Part shown: piece after piece, positions 21,001 through 27,342 of the stretch | Position numbering within the stretch: position 1 is the first letter of the stretch | How the letters are laid out: the number at the start of each line of letters is the position of its first letter | Source: Monocercomonoides exilis PA203 | Taxonomy: Eukaryota > Protista > Preaxostyla | Length of the DNA stretch: 64,000 bases | Direction: 5' to 3' | Assembly (NCBI GenBank): GCA_001643675.2 | Contig: LSRY02000016.1 | Span: forward strand, 186,001 to 250,000 | Position numbers and translations under genes: made by a program | Notes under the pieces: generated by a model | Told to the model about the DNA's origin: nothing | Seen by the model: only the letters and a program-made list of their open reading frames with translations | Databases searched by the model: none

Positions 21001-22912
21001 TGTGCCAAATGTTCCTTCCACTCCTTCTCCTTCTCCATCAATCTCTCCGCTTTCTTCACCAATGTCGTATCATCGGTCTTTGCTGAAGAATCCTTCAACA
21101 ACTGCCTCTGTTTCTTCATTCAGTGGTACCCTCTCAACCACAGGAAACTCATCAGGCGAGCTTTTGCTGCTGTTCCATCGGCTGGCAGCGTATGCAGCAC
21201 AGCTGAATGAGCGGAATGCATACTTCAAGAAGTGGATGGAGGAAGGAGCGCCAGACATATTCGATCTGCGGCTCTTTGCCGATCCTCGCCGGTTTCTTGT
21301 GTCTGCTCTTCTCGACTGCGCAGCTGTTGCTGGAATCTCCTCACAAAACGCAATTTGGGCCGCTGAGGTTATTTGCGTGCCTTCAGACGACGCCTCTGCA
21401 GGAGAGCAGTATGCAAAGGATTATTTGGAGAAAAGAAGGAAAGCAAAAGCAGACGAATCAACTTTGGGAATGTACAAAGATGTTTCATCATCCAGTTCTG
21501 TGACAAACTCTTCATCAGCCTCTCCTTATGCAATTGGTTCATCAGCATACAATCTTACTCTTTCCAATGATCTGCAGTTTTCTTCAATATTGAAAGGGCC
21601 ATCACCTTATTTGACACCTCGCTCATCACATGTTGCGGGCAAAGGAAGTGGAAAGGAAAGCGAAAGCGATGAAAACGCACGCGGTGGGGTATTCCAATCA
21701 ATCCTCAGCAAGCAAAAGCTGTCTCAAGATGGAAGGAATGAGAAAGGAAGCGACGGAGCAGGTGCAGGTGAACGAGGAGAAAAGAGCTCGACAGAGATCA
21801 GGATCAACGGATTCGGGTGGGATTCTGACTGCATCTTTGTGCGTGGGCTTTATCTCGAAGGCGCCGAGTGGAACTATCACACGCAGTCGATGATCAAGAA
21901 CGAGAAGATGGTTCGCCATGCAGGCACTTCTGTCTCTGTGTCAGCCACACACCAGTTTGAGCTCCCGCTGGTGAGGCTGTATGTTGTCGATCGAAGGCTG
22001 CTCGAAAGGCACCAGACAAACTCGTTGGCCATGTCTCCTTCAAAGGCATCCCTCGGATTCCAGTCTTCGGCAGCGTCTTCTTCATCAGCCAGGCCTTATG
22101 CTCCGATTGGAGTGAAGCCAATGCCAACAAAGCCGCAGACACAGATTTCGCATTCATCTGCCATTTATCCCACTTCTGGCTTGGCACCATCTGTTGGCCC
22201 TTGTCCCATCTCCCCTGCGCCGCTGCCAACGCCCTCCCTTACACCCTCCCAAGAATACATTCTTTCGCGCACTTCTTCCACTTCTTCTCGCAACCCGACT
22301 CTTGAAAGCGATGCTAATGCCAGCACTCCGCAGCTGCCTTATCTGCTCAACTTGCTCGCTGTTTCTCCTGGCCTTTCTGCGCCTCCTTCCTTCATCAACT
22401 CGATGTTCACTTTGAATCGGTTCTCTCTTAATGCCCCTTCGGCTAATGTGCCACCTTCGTCTTCTGCCAATCTGAGGCAAAACGTCAACCAGTCTAATTT
22501 CACTGATGCAAGCAGCTTGTATACGCAAAAGCACGAAGCTGCACAGGAGCAGCAGAGTACTTTGTATCCCCTGTCGTATGCTAACTCTCCTCTGCTTGCG
22601 CCATTCGCCCCATCGAATTTGACATCCCTGTGCTATTGTCATACTGGCTTGCAGACCAATTTCTATTTGTGCCCTCTTTTTGCACTGTCGCCACTGGATA
22701 CCGATTTGTCTACTGCTCCTTCGCGGCTTTCTTCGTCGGCCAGTCCCGTTTCTACTCCTTCGGCAGCTCAAATGCAGCAACAAAACATTTCATACACTTC
22801 GTTTTCTTACTCTGAATTTAGAAGAGCTTTTCTTGTTGAAATTGCCATGCCATGCGGCTCTCAGCCTTCTCTCTTCTGGGCAATGCGTGGTATTTCTCTG
22901 ATTCTGCGATAA
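2..22912 (+). CDS. Dynein heavy chain (axonemal-type, divergent), 5'-truncated, with many large Ser-rich/charged insertions
   Basis: The frame is open from nt 2 to TAA 22910-22912 with no intron needed. Dynein motifs occur in order: linker 'YLDGKRIAFPRLYFLSNEELL'; AAA1 P-loop GPAGVGKTET (3671-3700) and 'IPDNLKSLFRP'; AAA2 GRAGVGKTT (5756) with 'WKDGIL' and 'ASPATLSRCG'; AAA3 GPSGSGKQ (9899) with 'QPPTELIR'; AAA4 'GHALLLGGPGTGRRTL' (~12440-12490); stalk/MTBD 'EIRRMRNPP..DYWPEAKLMFGEVDFLKSLQNYD'; AAA5 'WPVVVDPQHQALRW'; AAA6 'GHWIVIQNCHLA'; C-terminus 'VRGLYLEGAEW...FWAMRGISLIL'. Confidence 0.95.
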   Translation, partial: DECRSIIAEFKGYDEELSQLPKTTEELFALNNRVDELMGIIQQRERDIAMLGSRYKVLESFHFPPSQEDSQVRWECFVAPAKLTKKIQGLPRIIRSLRAGMVAQLQKSQEALKQRVIELTTSASHFDLVDDFDQADTHAQEAALVLAQIDEARSLAEKYANQEEMLKLPQHTHPEADLLRDTFEPVATLWKAISEWSKCTFTWTNTSFHEIDAYNIAVTTDNIEQVLSRIIALFADDKKKSILADLAMQVKQQVDAFQTRIPMVLKMSNPSIKARHWQLIAKEIRKPIQYGAPDFTLGTMLEMKLEKYPKILTIADNATAEHAIETGLDRMSSELSQACFSVVPYKSTGTFVISQTRDITMLIDEQRAAVQTFLSSPLIDQYESRAQNWLAILSRISATVAAWVRCQKLWLFYAPVFQGADIVQRRPHEVRKFQAVDTAWRKLMAVAANNPHVLAVCGPQGRSKAYSTLVECNQLLESVRVGLGKYLDGKRIAFPRLYFLSNEELLDLLSRARDPTENVPHIAKVFNSVSSVVLANNKIVALSSPGNERLQLQNEVVVEGFDADQWLLSVQSSMRATLSIQITTALAMIGYAITSQMLFQSTVSSSSSSSSSASSSSNTTSSTFATSSTAQPMFSPQPSLQSSPLESFHSSHSLAQTDALRGAQEQTKSRYHISPAISSSSSTSQSKQSDMLLTLSLPHARNLPPLQTPSHQKALNPSATPSSSSFGSSTPSAFSAFSSLPSASSQNTFNLQMSALQSSFFENCISSNGVFNFATFARIFVQPPKTRKAKNHRMKSQTSLSKHQSTLSAISEVSSNAPSVNPSRSASPRPGRVTSAVGSSSMGNDETRNGEISGEQTPHNTSGIWNSATQTPSKGMSTPLNSTPKGSTTQNQQSSASASASASAAASAQQQQQMQQQQQMQQALTDPREWSTQVLIVVAQVLFTDVVSRIFTENEIARVSALSLDLHRSVEAAITTFGILLRGLRATATPRDLLRIQSMLQLFLQMRSTLRQIWASAFSFDSAVFDTLSVSAAINNGPVHKHRKHNPAASPSPSFSIPPSTSTTPSPFMPLSSTSPSPAPSSIPTTSFTIPTSLTPSTSSIASSSSISSTSSTSSSSSSSSSGNSQLALMHRQAVHSLPTASRSHLFSCLFRSSPNSLHSWDSTPQFFYDDNFGVTIRIFNHSICYGNEFLGIQQPFVFTPRTQQAFGTAFLALQSTLAWTLIGPAGVGKTETCKELARMTGQPFSLFSCTSTSSVSSLLRFLRGYACSGCWCLLDEAQSLDPASLSVIAQQIQEIQSAFTRGLQRLLFQSDELTIDPNGVLMITIDISRSSGSNSSFQSADSHSVNSSTSVGHRFASLFSLPSRIPLLPVFNADHLSSSTISPSFSHTFSSTSQDTASIPDNLKSLFRPFAMVEAEFSYIAEVQLMCLGFTTAPVLARQLERVFTLSSTLLQSEQNVLFYDFSIRLLQQVIKLAESILHPLVFSLYDTSLQNELTGNKSNEDNDEDDFDGHSFGFGDDVNSVGGEDKSKSRLPKSKEPENGQLSSIFSVTTTLSPTISPLSILDLSETRPKTATVGAPLLSSALSFPTLQSSDSGTLSLSDSLTGDQSILSHNTARDLEKEKNKRHAEAEMIAVSSALLSCVVPFLTGNHVSTFGAIVSSCFDDDSMLQHGDSEEEVSVVVPDDRKSPIDHSSSAALESKSLLSRDSQAMLVRHQNQSQIIQMKQTLFGRIDQQASHPSIPSLLMAHKNSWYNHSPSTSLLQSMTALQTMSAASFQTASSSLSTHSSSLHNSITNSPTFSPLMSPSPFDDGSSLDVSSDKAAISRRADAKKEKHSSNERDTFPDSLSIQSKRTMPETTRNNISPIVDARLSLTSLTLLRSALSSTIKEYHLASCPQLINKCLQLHETIQTRTGVFLVGRAGVGKTTILRLLATAWTLLSYELRWALSRSADPNRLKAKKLRKQRLMRAKYSLMEEEKRRMDSSMLSGVRGVRERDNLSDGEMNRNVSRDGAVPNRYADAGNQLKMIGGMDTVLDDEETENKEAELRRRRIRRKRRKMKKRRMRQRRMRQRRERGESGDATNGERSFGEDMSPIRDDEEDELLFEDAMDSEAFDEFDDEGNSLSDDVLDDDDAGTLDSYDDDLDFDLDSELDSLLDDADSDALDDRLPTRASEYKRLRQNQRHTGASPSSSSSSYSSPSASATTAQMATVYAERSNSGIILSQPQRKAISMWNNSLASSISSLDEYDNEEEDEEANDDNMNEMEEMLEEEEIAFWVDEMAGQVISYKDSAPNATGAASSSLPGQFRQTEKARQQFGNTASSNLSDNNIDFSTAAAAKNILFNRQDRHRRMAARTLARNKARSDAFTQVSVRVVFPSAFSEADVMGRAAAATNEWKDGILSMFMRESSIGIGNESNELNGASLLPSVSSSSASSSSASAAASVKPTNLAAQQLSKQSKVQQKHNESNSDKHKKTDSTKVPQNHEKDSSLNADMSSIVAGQSEKAHWILIDCSPSDFWWLEIFNSAMDGHRTLSLSSGERLLLAPSTRILFESDCVSAASPATLSRCGIVFVDKTVTPIASLVKAWLIRLMDRYKFLKTPPKNEANESRQEGQSLSSSSSAATLSALNAQSAQQGLRSSLNSAPKTGLEPALSSATGAIAASPASNSPGSNSNSEDNIPIQDVFASQMSKLLRPLLAAYLPPAVACIHREQQNGSSLMASEQTYVSRLLTMLDCMLPCVLEQAKIEGEADIKEFEAKQTLQLNTFKASLDVPIEVRRKEITDVVEQAAAMSSSPSEVTDSSTTLNSSLTNTSSEKSSDENSSSKDASSSSTDSTTSINSQTAQPNTSAPEALSNSSSDSNVPPPFDPFTTAAAPIKHVQPLQASSRPAHPLSMNQRADTNRSDTSSIVSHRGKHSSVGVVTAAVNVNANEKPHTYPTWCFSGKRRMTISFNDTISGENLSSIATAIFLRRRQDAVRKAQERRIQRLKLRELRAAQTKAIEDGNNSDGGDGKRNDGESQSPEEKNGRSRNNSDASGEIANKSPTISPRTRLMIDIKLREDGEYQLEQRRASISSISQAMTGLSSGFDSLPEVIQIKEKIAEEKKERRRERHEAFFERVHGVFLFCLCWGVGGPLPLRSRVAFERALRSVLDEMSSAPSLPTARSIFDLRFNIALNGWDDWESVAKQGVDAVLTQPLTAQPPPVQSVLGITIAHGLDPPLMAPPSPANSSDVLTQTKSTSSIPPTSSISNGPSSIQSSSFVLPSKPQPGQLHINSRLQPTAAIVRALYIMRVLTDGMRPCLVAGPSGSGKQMLLEHFINYNLKDVATAPGAALAGLTTAHRGAGGGTMYPSTRHGPQSTLRSSSRGFGNSFLRSSTRARNSSTKNFAGTGGAVSSSSSLVGTGGLLKGARAGQTSVRHGPSSSLATSEQYAHKLGGMKGTTSRTSLESSRDGRGGNIQSTSSLASLASSTTNRNKTQGKFNPSTLASTRATSTRVHFGPSSSSVSSSFSAANASNRAISSRNNRRNSISTFSNASDPQLESDVEEDENEIPPYLAQSAVNVTLSATTTASHLRMLLEQELTVRRGFEISPGSGTRLLVCVNDLGAISEYRMRELDVSSIVDGGGSTGDADSTLPIHLLGTSSKSFSGTKSGQLDAKNNGPFEGGNDWEGTKQAQYLNDFERQPPTELIRMWLNEGGWNDLDPITLGSPMRIADTVLLSSLNYDFTADQPLSPVPISERLLRHFFAITLPDLDDATLKNIFTLAISPFGSGYRVNAQAILNAIVTGTIQMYRFVKRAFINRRQGIVYSSSQSSSSAAGIAPHIPIFFNAKAIAAVLEGVVSCEDNGITKIVELGVNRETTKELMSVGQQMQHNRSSSSILSTSSRRNSEGTGREATAEKKADEIPFALTVTASNSDSAAPTSSSKTENATTQQNSSTSQNSKELSTNSSSEMLATLSVTPHLTQAPSANAVTPSTTPQGVVDAPDVIVKLWHHEVQRVFGDALTTDEDRQLLITQLENVSMKLFGKAATMIQQQTSSLSASSSLSTSAPQSNQATTPASASSSEITLQVASPKSNRDIPQIIRHEPLFGDFAHPDRHYEELSSLDLCNKQLRAYLDEYNRLPTTEVPMSPIFFEAATMALIKLCRLFRLRDGHALLLGGPGTGRRTLTKLAAFVADCTMFEMSSFDLAGPLITNKAEAERANGAGEKKGAEDSNVGGGVGGGQNQSTGSNSNSSSSSVGEAVTPGALWRRDMRRLLLAVGAQNASPTILFIDDYLCSEPLVLEDLTYLLRDGCIGGLFTKADWQTIHTGLEGQYYDETRIVTPSPVDLHTFFYNRVRQNLHIVICLSPSSPNHSAAIRIFPSIVNHTQPIWWNLWDENSLKALARSFFVSSPPFEVPVWSSSSKSSSQVLSTQSQQTSGDPNSQKDKNPSKQTSISVSKIAKLLEGSADPKERSEIINNAIQPTSPIVEKPSTASRSIHSTTSSSSLASASSSATSATTSTTDPLTPLIDACVAVHLAAADVTQQYSKQTGRCAVVTPSHFRTLLTTIRSVTRKMRDAMLTTTIRLEKGVVRVAEITAEAPRLERRLASLVPMLEEATKDLEEAMQRLKQETTKSEQTRRLAQDKEAKAKAQAELVAQKLSAAEEELRRCAPDIENAQTALNQLSTKHVAEIRRMRNPPQSMTIVIEALCITLHRLPAKLPDGKLDYWPEAKLMFGEVDFLKSLQNYDARSMTEETIQRLTPYIENPQFQPSLLERVSVACKSLCFWIRSVYNYNIVWKKIEPLVNEQKAAEQAQKETEESLAIIRSALNVLEKRIATLTRLREEATQRREQLIKEIENSKVQIELAKQLTVALEEEGRRWAANLAHERRKQPFLAGDVLLSAAMICYLGPLGITARNELLQLRWPAELARLGIPHHPAHKVLLSLVGELELLDWSNQYGLPASPHTQISAAIIQQSPVWPVVVDPQHQALRWLLAMYGNKICVVSASMPDCAVLISGAIQQNKSVILLVEGANSASVLNVNSIAFGLKSGEYSGMDDGSGGGGGGGGGGGMMLGGSSGIGIGGGGIGGGEDGRNGASGTALGDIPGGADGSAMRTVEFGKGGVMFWRNETPPLTTQRGFNFLYSSLGLNHARGSNSSNNVPSPSSSSSFYEGDLTPSSSFRISGETSRNQLPSISGASHSRSGQRPSSISQNGATSSASSSSIHFSSFTTEFWDAFSKVDRKLSNLLSRNFSISKSVPKDSRLSTPTSTAASLSQVPTPLGAPQTPTLTSRSGLATPQTPSKSTYKLTSTLSQSLAPPQPTRTVHIGNATINLPSSFNLIIHTTSANPFLPVDFLGNFAVVDFSVTSESLVEQLLSKITMSAEPTLERERIAGTQTLAVLKREHTQQETSLLDLLTSNSLVQLMDSRFFDRLTRMKEMVSSLNARLWRTEETKQQQESNRGKYVTAARSLASMFICVQGMRRVNPMYRLSLDRYLACVDAALTRKKSLKDNSTHSSTSHGINMKEEENNGLSLLEDSIKAEMRRKKVVWENGGDEANAEQDAMNPEWEEEEEDANEENLGEKGEEGTGDSAAAGADNQQGEGSSSEISKEKKDKNDDKKENEKTEDEGDKTGTGKDATKDGEKTLKRKDKLKSTALSIGMVLGATKEKDNLTEAQRAEKDAAAAAMRQLQEEERGKALATILQREVFSHFSAMFFSKDRVLFFAFLTLRSLLEEEQISIEEYQYVITGKIPRLASPFMSAFEDEEDKFKEDGEFDDENEEFSKGTSNDNSATSAGQLVIPSSLSASSLSTQQSSQSNLRRPSAQHANEGALANSDTAQSQARSPSPSKLYPASSPPPLIQIVDSSYFPTAESEEVLSESPLLSYAKPNWASPALWERLCELCRFPRFSFLPDYLENSDPDCWMAILLSSEPHKESMPPIVLKSGLAQAAAASGKKESSTESGGASTSVGQTKSKKGQTASTGAANGLSASSAYASRTKQLLSKQKDKQQQPQAQHQQQTGTDAKQPSSSQPAQSQQDQRSQMQPNEPHPLLLNHFTRFLLLRALRPDCLPSLLNSLATSFLGRTFTQSPPPSLEAILRTNPSSLPIVLHLTDTADIMKELMACAQRIGPSGLRVRCLAASDDGAKRAPRLVTEGSYHGHWIVIQNCHLAPLWLQPLVKLLSSPIIARAHQRFRLIFISKPEPMFPAAILEASSIVACEAPKTMRMLMAALLESDSELWKQRGDEWKRLAASAAHLLSAINIRRRFGRAGWKVAADVGSLADWTAAVELLDKYYNSSFKTRRRRRRGAGKYEDGDSANEGDSDELDEDDDDGDYERNVRGRQTSSVFESPAGRSDGVQLGIMSRSKPSSQLQMSASSLHSAATASSLSSTYSNQPVAPKRGRTDIRSQNEKEGEKSLVPSVVIPEKSVYVVNGDRLLMQLANIITTKSKTFVIINKPQKSKSGKGDWMNTSSSNMMSSSSNPNSSQYIASSYGIRTGMINSTASANSQQQSSLFQQQPNQMGQMASIGNNAGNSSLSRRSSSNMLASQKNPSKNNSSLLQALSVMSAEKENGDQGDESIEQTFIDPLLLFNTTPRVVIVKSATSVRQIMNNNLYGAAFLNEEFDRSLFDALTIIHNAPAIVYLSTKEAPYSNIPFITLTATTQDISKLIRRLRQPPQRLGLPSPRTSPTSSNIQPSVSQSSFASMSSASLLPSPVSPSPQRNAKVTSLDPNSSLGMPMLSSYSSTCTLSSSKSTSSSSSSSPTLLDTVAENASHMLVSASREDMQDCADVGLPLSIAPFASGSSGAIFYREALLEVSVSFSAASRFVIDSSKQTGNRKIRSRRSPFASDRMGEKAKEFNEEFRLSNSPSPIRSLSPFGDVNGQSTRSISNASPPPPSPNMHDSLIIGGNSMNGRQFNSVGGTGRGSGMVQLLSLISGAVSSLPALIPQSAMFPLSPFHPAFFVASSLLNEIQLLSKSIRVSRVLLSLVEGGLKELIDQTSRSKNSHQSSSSSSASLSSSPPRNTVVPNVPSTPSPSPSISPLSSPMSYHRSLLKNPSTTASVSSFSGTLSTTGNSSGELLLLFHRLAAYAAQLNERNAYFKKWMEEGAPDIFDLRLFADPRRFLVSALLDCAAVAGISSQNAIWAAEVICVPSDDASAGEQYAKDYLEKRRKAKADESTLGMYKDVSSSSSVTNSSSASPYAIGSSAYNLTLSNDLQFSSILKGPSPYLTPRSSHVAGKGSGKESESDENARGGVFQSILSKQKLSQDGRNEKGSDGAGAGERGEKSSTEIRINGFGWDSDCIFVRGLYLEGAEWNYHTQSMIKNEKMVRHAGTSVSVSATHQFELPLVRLYVVDRRLLERHQTNSLAMSPSKASLGFQSSAASSSSARPYAPIGVKPMPTKPQTQISHSSAIYPTSGLAPSVGPCPISPAPLPTPSLTPSQEYILSRTSSTSSRNPTLESDANASTPQLPYLLNLLAVSPGLSAPPSFINSMFTLNRFSLNAPSANVPPSSSANLRQNVNQSNFTDASSLYTQKHEAAQEQQSTLYPLSYANSPLLAPFAPSNLTSLCYCHTGLQTNFYLCPLFALSPLDTDLSTAPSRLSSSASPVSTPSAAQMQQQNISYTSFSYSEFRRAFLVEIAMPCGSQPSLFWAMRGISLILR

Positions 22913-23178
22913 TCACTTGTTTGATATCTTTTTTGAATTATGAAACTTTCTTTTTTTTAAAAAAATGTTTAAAAGATGTTTTTATGAACTTCATATTGAT
23001 TTTTGTTTCAAAGTTTTTTTTTAAATTAAAAGGAAAAAAATTAAGCTTTCTCTTTCTCTCTAACTTTTTTCGATAAAAGCGTTTTATACTTGACATTTAG
23101 AATGAAAAAATTAGAATTTCATCTTTTTGATCATTTGCAAATCCAATTTATTGATCAATACCCTTAAGTGAGTCGGAA

Positions 23179-25614
23179 ATGACAAAAGATGAAAATACAG
23201 ATGTGAATCAATTTGGAACTGTTGTCATTGAACAAGGAAAAGGTTTTAAATTGTGCTTTTTCAACTCGAGAAAGTTAATGTTATTTTTGATGTTCAAAAA
23301 CAGCTCTGCTAAAAAAAATTGAAGAAGGAGCGTGTTGTTTGAGTGATATTGAAGAATTTGAAATTTTTACAAACAGCTCCGTAACTACTTTGATGAGATA
23401 CGAATTACTTCTCGAATTTGTCCAAGTTATATATGATTTAGCAAAGGCTTCTTTGAAATTACCTTTGGATATGAAGGAACAAATTTTAAGGATTTTGAAG
23501 CAGCAATTGCTTTTGGGAAGCTCTGATTCTTTGTGGGATTTTAGAAATTATCTCTTATTAGATGAAACAGAACGAGATACCCAAATGAGGGAGACTTTGT
23601 TTGAGCTTACTCAAATGGTTTCTTTGTCTCAATCCGCCCATGATAATGCAATTCATGCTTTCTTTTCATTTTGCAAATTTATGCCAATAAGTTTCAAGGA
23701 GCGTCGTATTTTAGTTCCAGAGTTGCTGAACATTGCAGAAAGAAAAGCTTTGACCGAGGAAACTTATGCAGAAGCGGGGCAGCTCCTATATGCTCTTGCA
23801 GGCTTTACTGTTGGATGTTCCAACGCTAGTTTGTTATTTTATTATATTTCTGAAGCTTCAAAAAAATTTTTTATCTTTATCAATGAAATTGCCTTGATAA
23901 CTATGAAATAAATAGTTCTACTTGCATTTATTTACCATGAGCGTGTTCCTCAACGCGTAATTGAATTTTTGCATCACCCTTGTGTGAATGTTGTTTCTGA
24001 AGCAATGCATGTATTAGGAACTTTTGCATTTTTTAATTCAAGAGTTCTTGAATATTTGAATAAAGAAATAAATTTTTCAGGATTCATTGTTTCTTTCATG
24101 AACAGCAATCCATCGTTTCGCAGTATTTGTGGAACTTGTTGTTCTTCTCTTCCAACATCTTCTTCTGCGTCATCTATTTCGTCGATTACTCCTGATCTTA
24201 AATCCTTTTTAAGTCCATTACGACAAAAGTTTAAGGCTTTGCCTGCTCTTCCTTTGGATGCTGAATTATATCCTCCAATTTCAACTCCGTTTCCTAATAA
24301 TCATCCGAATCATTGTCGATGGCCTTCAAGCTGCATTGAATCTCCTATTTATTTTGTGGATCATCCCGAAAAATGGTGTGTGTTCACGATTGTTTTAGAA
24401 TTTTCTTCGAAGAGAATATGAGTTGAATGCATAAACGCATTATAATTATTTTTTTCAATTATAAATGAAAATGGAGTATTTCCTTATATTTCTCATTCTA
24501 TTGCTTTATTATTTATCTATTTAGGTTTGATAAATCGGCGGCTGATCACCTCGTTTATGAGACATTTGAAATATTGGCTGCTTTTTTCGGTTTTCGCTCT
24601 GAAAGTGAACTTTTAAATGAGAATTTTCTTGATCACGAATCGGACGAAGATTATTCTGACAGCCTCATTTTAGTGAAAGAAGAAAAGAGCCCAGAAAATG
24701 AACCGGGAAAATGCACAAATGAAAGAATATATACAAATTCCAGAGTAAATTTTGTGATAAGAGTACTTGATATTGATGAATTGAAGGAGAAAAATGGAAG
24801 GAATCAAAAGAACTTCAAAATAAAGGAAAAGAGAGCAGAGGGCAATGATCCTTTGAACGACGATATGGAGCAACGTGGAAGTGGACCTGTTCTTGGAACT
24901 TATTTTTCGGTGATGTTTCGCACGCCTGGATTTGTGTCAACTTTAACAACGCTTTTTGAGCAAAAGCAAGTTTTTGCAAAATATGAATTTCTTCCCTGTT
25001 CAATTTTAAGGAATGTTATTAAAGATGGGAGCGATAAAGATTTTGTGGAATGGATCAGCAAAACCAAAATTTTCAAGATGTTTGTCGATTACGCTTTCAA
25101 CAAGAGCAGATTTTCGGAATATGATGAAAGCATTTCTTTAATGAAAGAATTGTGGAGTATGCTTCTTGAAAGAAGCACAAAAGCACATAGAGAGATTTCA
25201 GATTCAATGGAAGAAGAAGAAATTTTCGATGAATTTATCGAAAAGAGGGTGGAAAACTGCAGAAAAAGAAAAAAAGAAAAAGATAATTTGGAGAACTCGA
25301 AATTTTTTTGTGAAAACAAAACCAGAAAAAATGAGGAATTTAATCCAAAGGATAAAGCTAAGATTGTTCTTGAAGACGGAGCAAAAAGGAAGAAGGTGAA
25401 AGATTTGCGTCAAGAGAAAGAGAGGCATAGAGAAGAACGGAAGCGTTTAAAAGCAGAGAAAGAAATGACGAGAAAGAGAAAGAAAGAAAGAAAAGCAATA
25501 CGAGTGAAAAAGATGTTGCTTGAAGTCTGCGAGAAATCAATGAGCTTTATTGAAGAAGAGGGATTGTTTGATTTTTTGATTATGACGGAGCACATTTTAA
25601 AGGATATTAATTAA
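23179..25614 (+). CDS. Hypothetical ~712-aa alpha-helical (possibly ARM-like) protein with Lys/Glu-rich C-terminus, 4 exons
   Basis: Three ORF-track pieces join in phase as exons 23179-23242, 23304-23828, 23916-24375 and 24525-25614, via GT-AG introns of 61, 87 and 149 nt (total 2139 nt). ARM-like flavour comes only from 'VIEFLHHPCVNVVSEAMHVLGTFA'. Function unknown. Confidence 0.7.
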
Positions 25615-26270
25615 GTGAAAAGGATTCGAAGAATCCAATTGAATAGTTTTCCTTACAGTGTGTTTATGTATCAGTGACGTTTCATGTTGATTATTTGGAA
25701 ATTAAAGACATTTTGATAAACCGATAACGAAATTCGAAGAAAGAGTTTCATCCATTGAAACATCTGAAATGTTTAGCCCAACGAGAAAATAATGACAAAA
25801 ACAGAAAGCCTGTGATGTGAAAGTTTTTTGTTTCAAGTTATTTACGCAAAGAAATTTATGTTTTTTCATTGGCATTGTAAAACTGTAATTTATTAATGAG
25901 TATTCTGTTAATTACATTATTTCCTTGATTATTGGGTTCTTTTTTGAAATATGTATGTTGGTGAACTTTATTTTTTTTTTTGACTAGCTTTTATCATAAA
26001 TGTAGATCTTATTATTTGTGTTGAAATGGTACTTTTTTTTCATATTTTGCTTGATATGAGTTTTAAGAAGAAATCAGATTTACAAATTCTCTTCACTGCA
26101 TGTTAATCTGATGCATGATATATTTCAGTTTGAAGAAGAAATGCTAAGAGAAAAAAAATAAGAAGACTTAAGCTAAAAATACGAGAAGTGAAAAAAGATA
26201 AATTTTGAAAGAATAAATTGGATGAAGAAGAAAACAAAAGAAAATTATTATAATGTGAATTGTGCGTTTC

Positions 26271-27342
26271 TCATTCGTCTTTTTCTTCGAGCCATTTCTT
26301 TGCTTCTTCAATTGCTTGATCTCTCAATTCGTCTGGAACCCTACCAAAGATCTTGTCAGTCGAGCGAACCCATCCAAATTCCAATTCAAAAGCTTTTTCA
26401 TCTTCGTGGCGAAGGCCATACAAACTGCAATCAATGATGAAAGAACAACGAGAAGAAATAATCATATTGTTTATTTTGAAAAAAGAAATTTTTATTTCAA
26501 TTTATTCAAATTTATGAATTCACTCAATGATAAAAAGGCAAACATTTTTGCCGCTTCTTTGACAGCTTGTTCGCACGTAAGTTTATCCAAAGGAAGCATC
26601 TCTATGTCTGTTCTTGCTTGAGCTTTTTCTTTTCCAATTGCCACTCCATTATATCCCTTAAAAACGTAATTGTTACGCTTTAACAATGATCGTTAAATAA
26701 AAAAGAGCAAACATAAAGAGTTGCTGCAGGATCTGTTGAATATAACTGTGGCTTATCATCATAGCCAGCAATAATTGTAGATACACCAAATGGGCGATAT
26801 GCTCCAAATTGAGTGAATTGCTGAAGGTATATTGAAAGCCTTTCCGCAAGGACTCTAACTGGTATATCCTCGTGATAATTTTTTTTGTAATCAGCGGCCT
26901 ATTCACAAAAAATAGAAAAAAAAATAGTCCATATACAGTTATATTCATGAATATCAAAAAAATATTTCATCATCATGCAAACAGTTTCTTTGCAATGTGA
27001 TGCAAGATGCCTTCCATCCGCCAAAAGCCCTGCAGAGACCTAAAACAAATGACGGAGAAATTTCACATTTAATATTTTCTTAAAAATAATTATTATTTCA
27101 AATAATACCAATCCAATTGATTTTGCTGCTGTAAGAATACGAGATTGTGAGTATGGAACAACAAGAGGAGAGATCTGGAAATTTACGCATGCAACAACAA
27201 CTCCATCAACACATTTAATTCCAATTGCAGTTCCGCTTTTTTCTGTTGCTTTCATTGCGTACTCCACTTGGAATACTCTTCCATCATTGCTAAATGTTGA
27301 TGTTGAATAATCGTACCCCGCTCCGACTGCAGATGTTGTCAT
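26271..27342 (-). CDS. PSMA3: 20S proteasome subunit alpha-7 (alpha type-3), 5 exons, ~247 aa
   Basis: The N-terminus 'VGAGYDYSTSTFSNDGRVFQVEYAMKA..SGTAIGIKCVDGVV', internal 'GLLADGRHL' and 'GAYRPFG', and C-terminal 'KAFELEFGWV' are diagnostic of alpha-7. Exons 27342-27109, 27039-26983, 26898-26713, 26656-26544 and 26424-26271 join in phase (744 nt). Confidence 0.93.

Noticed and set aside
144-22901. Numerous short alternative-frame and antisense ORFs within the dynein gene (and likewise within the PUF, surface-protein and terminal genes)
   Set aside because: They are shadows of long low-complexity coding sequence (poly-Ser read as poly-Leu/His/Glu) and carry no independent motifs.
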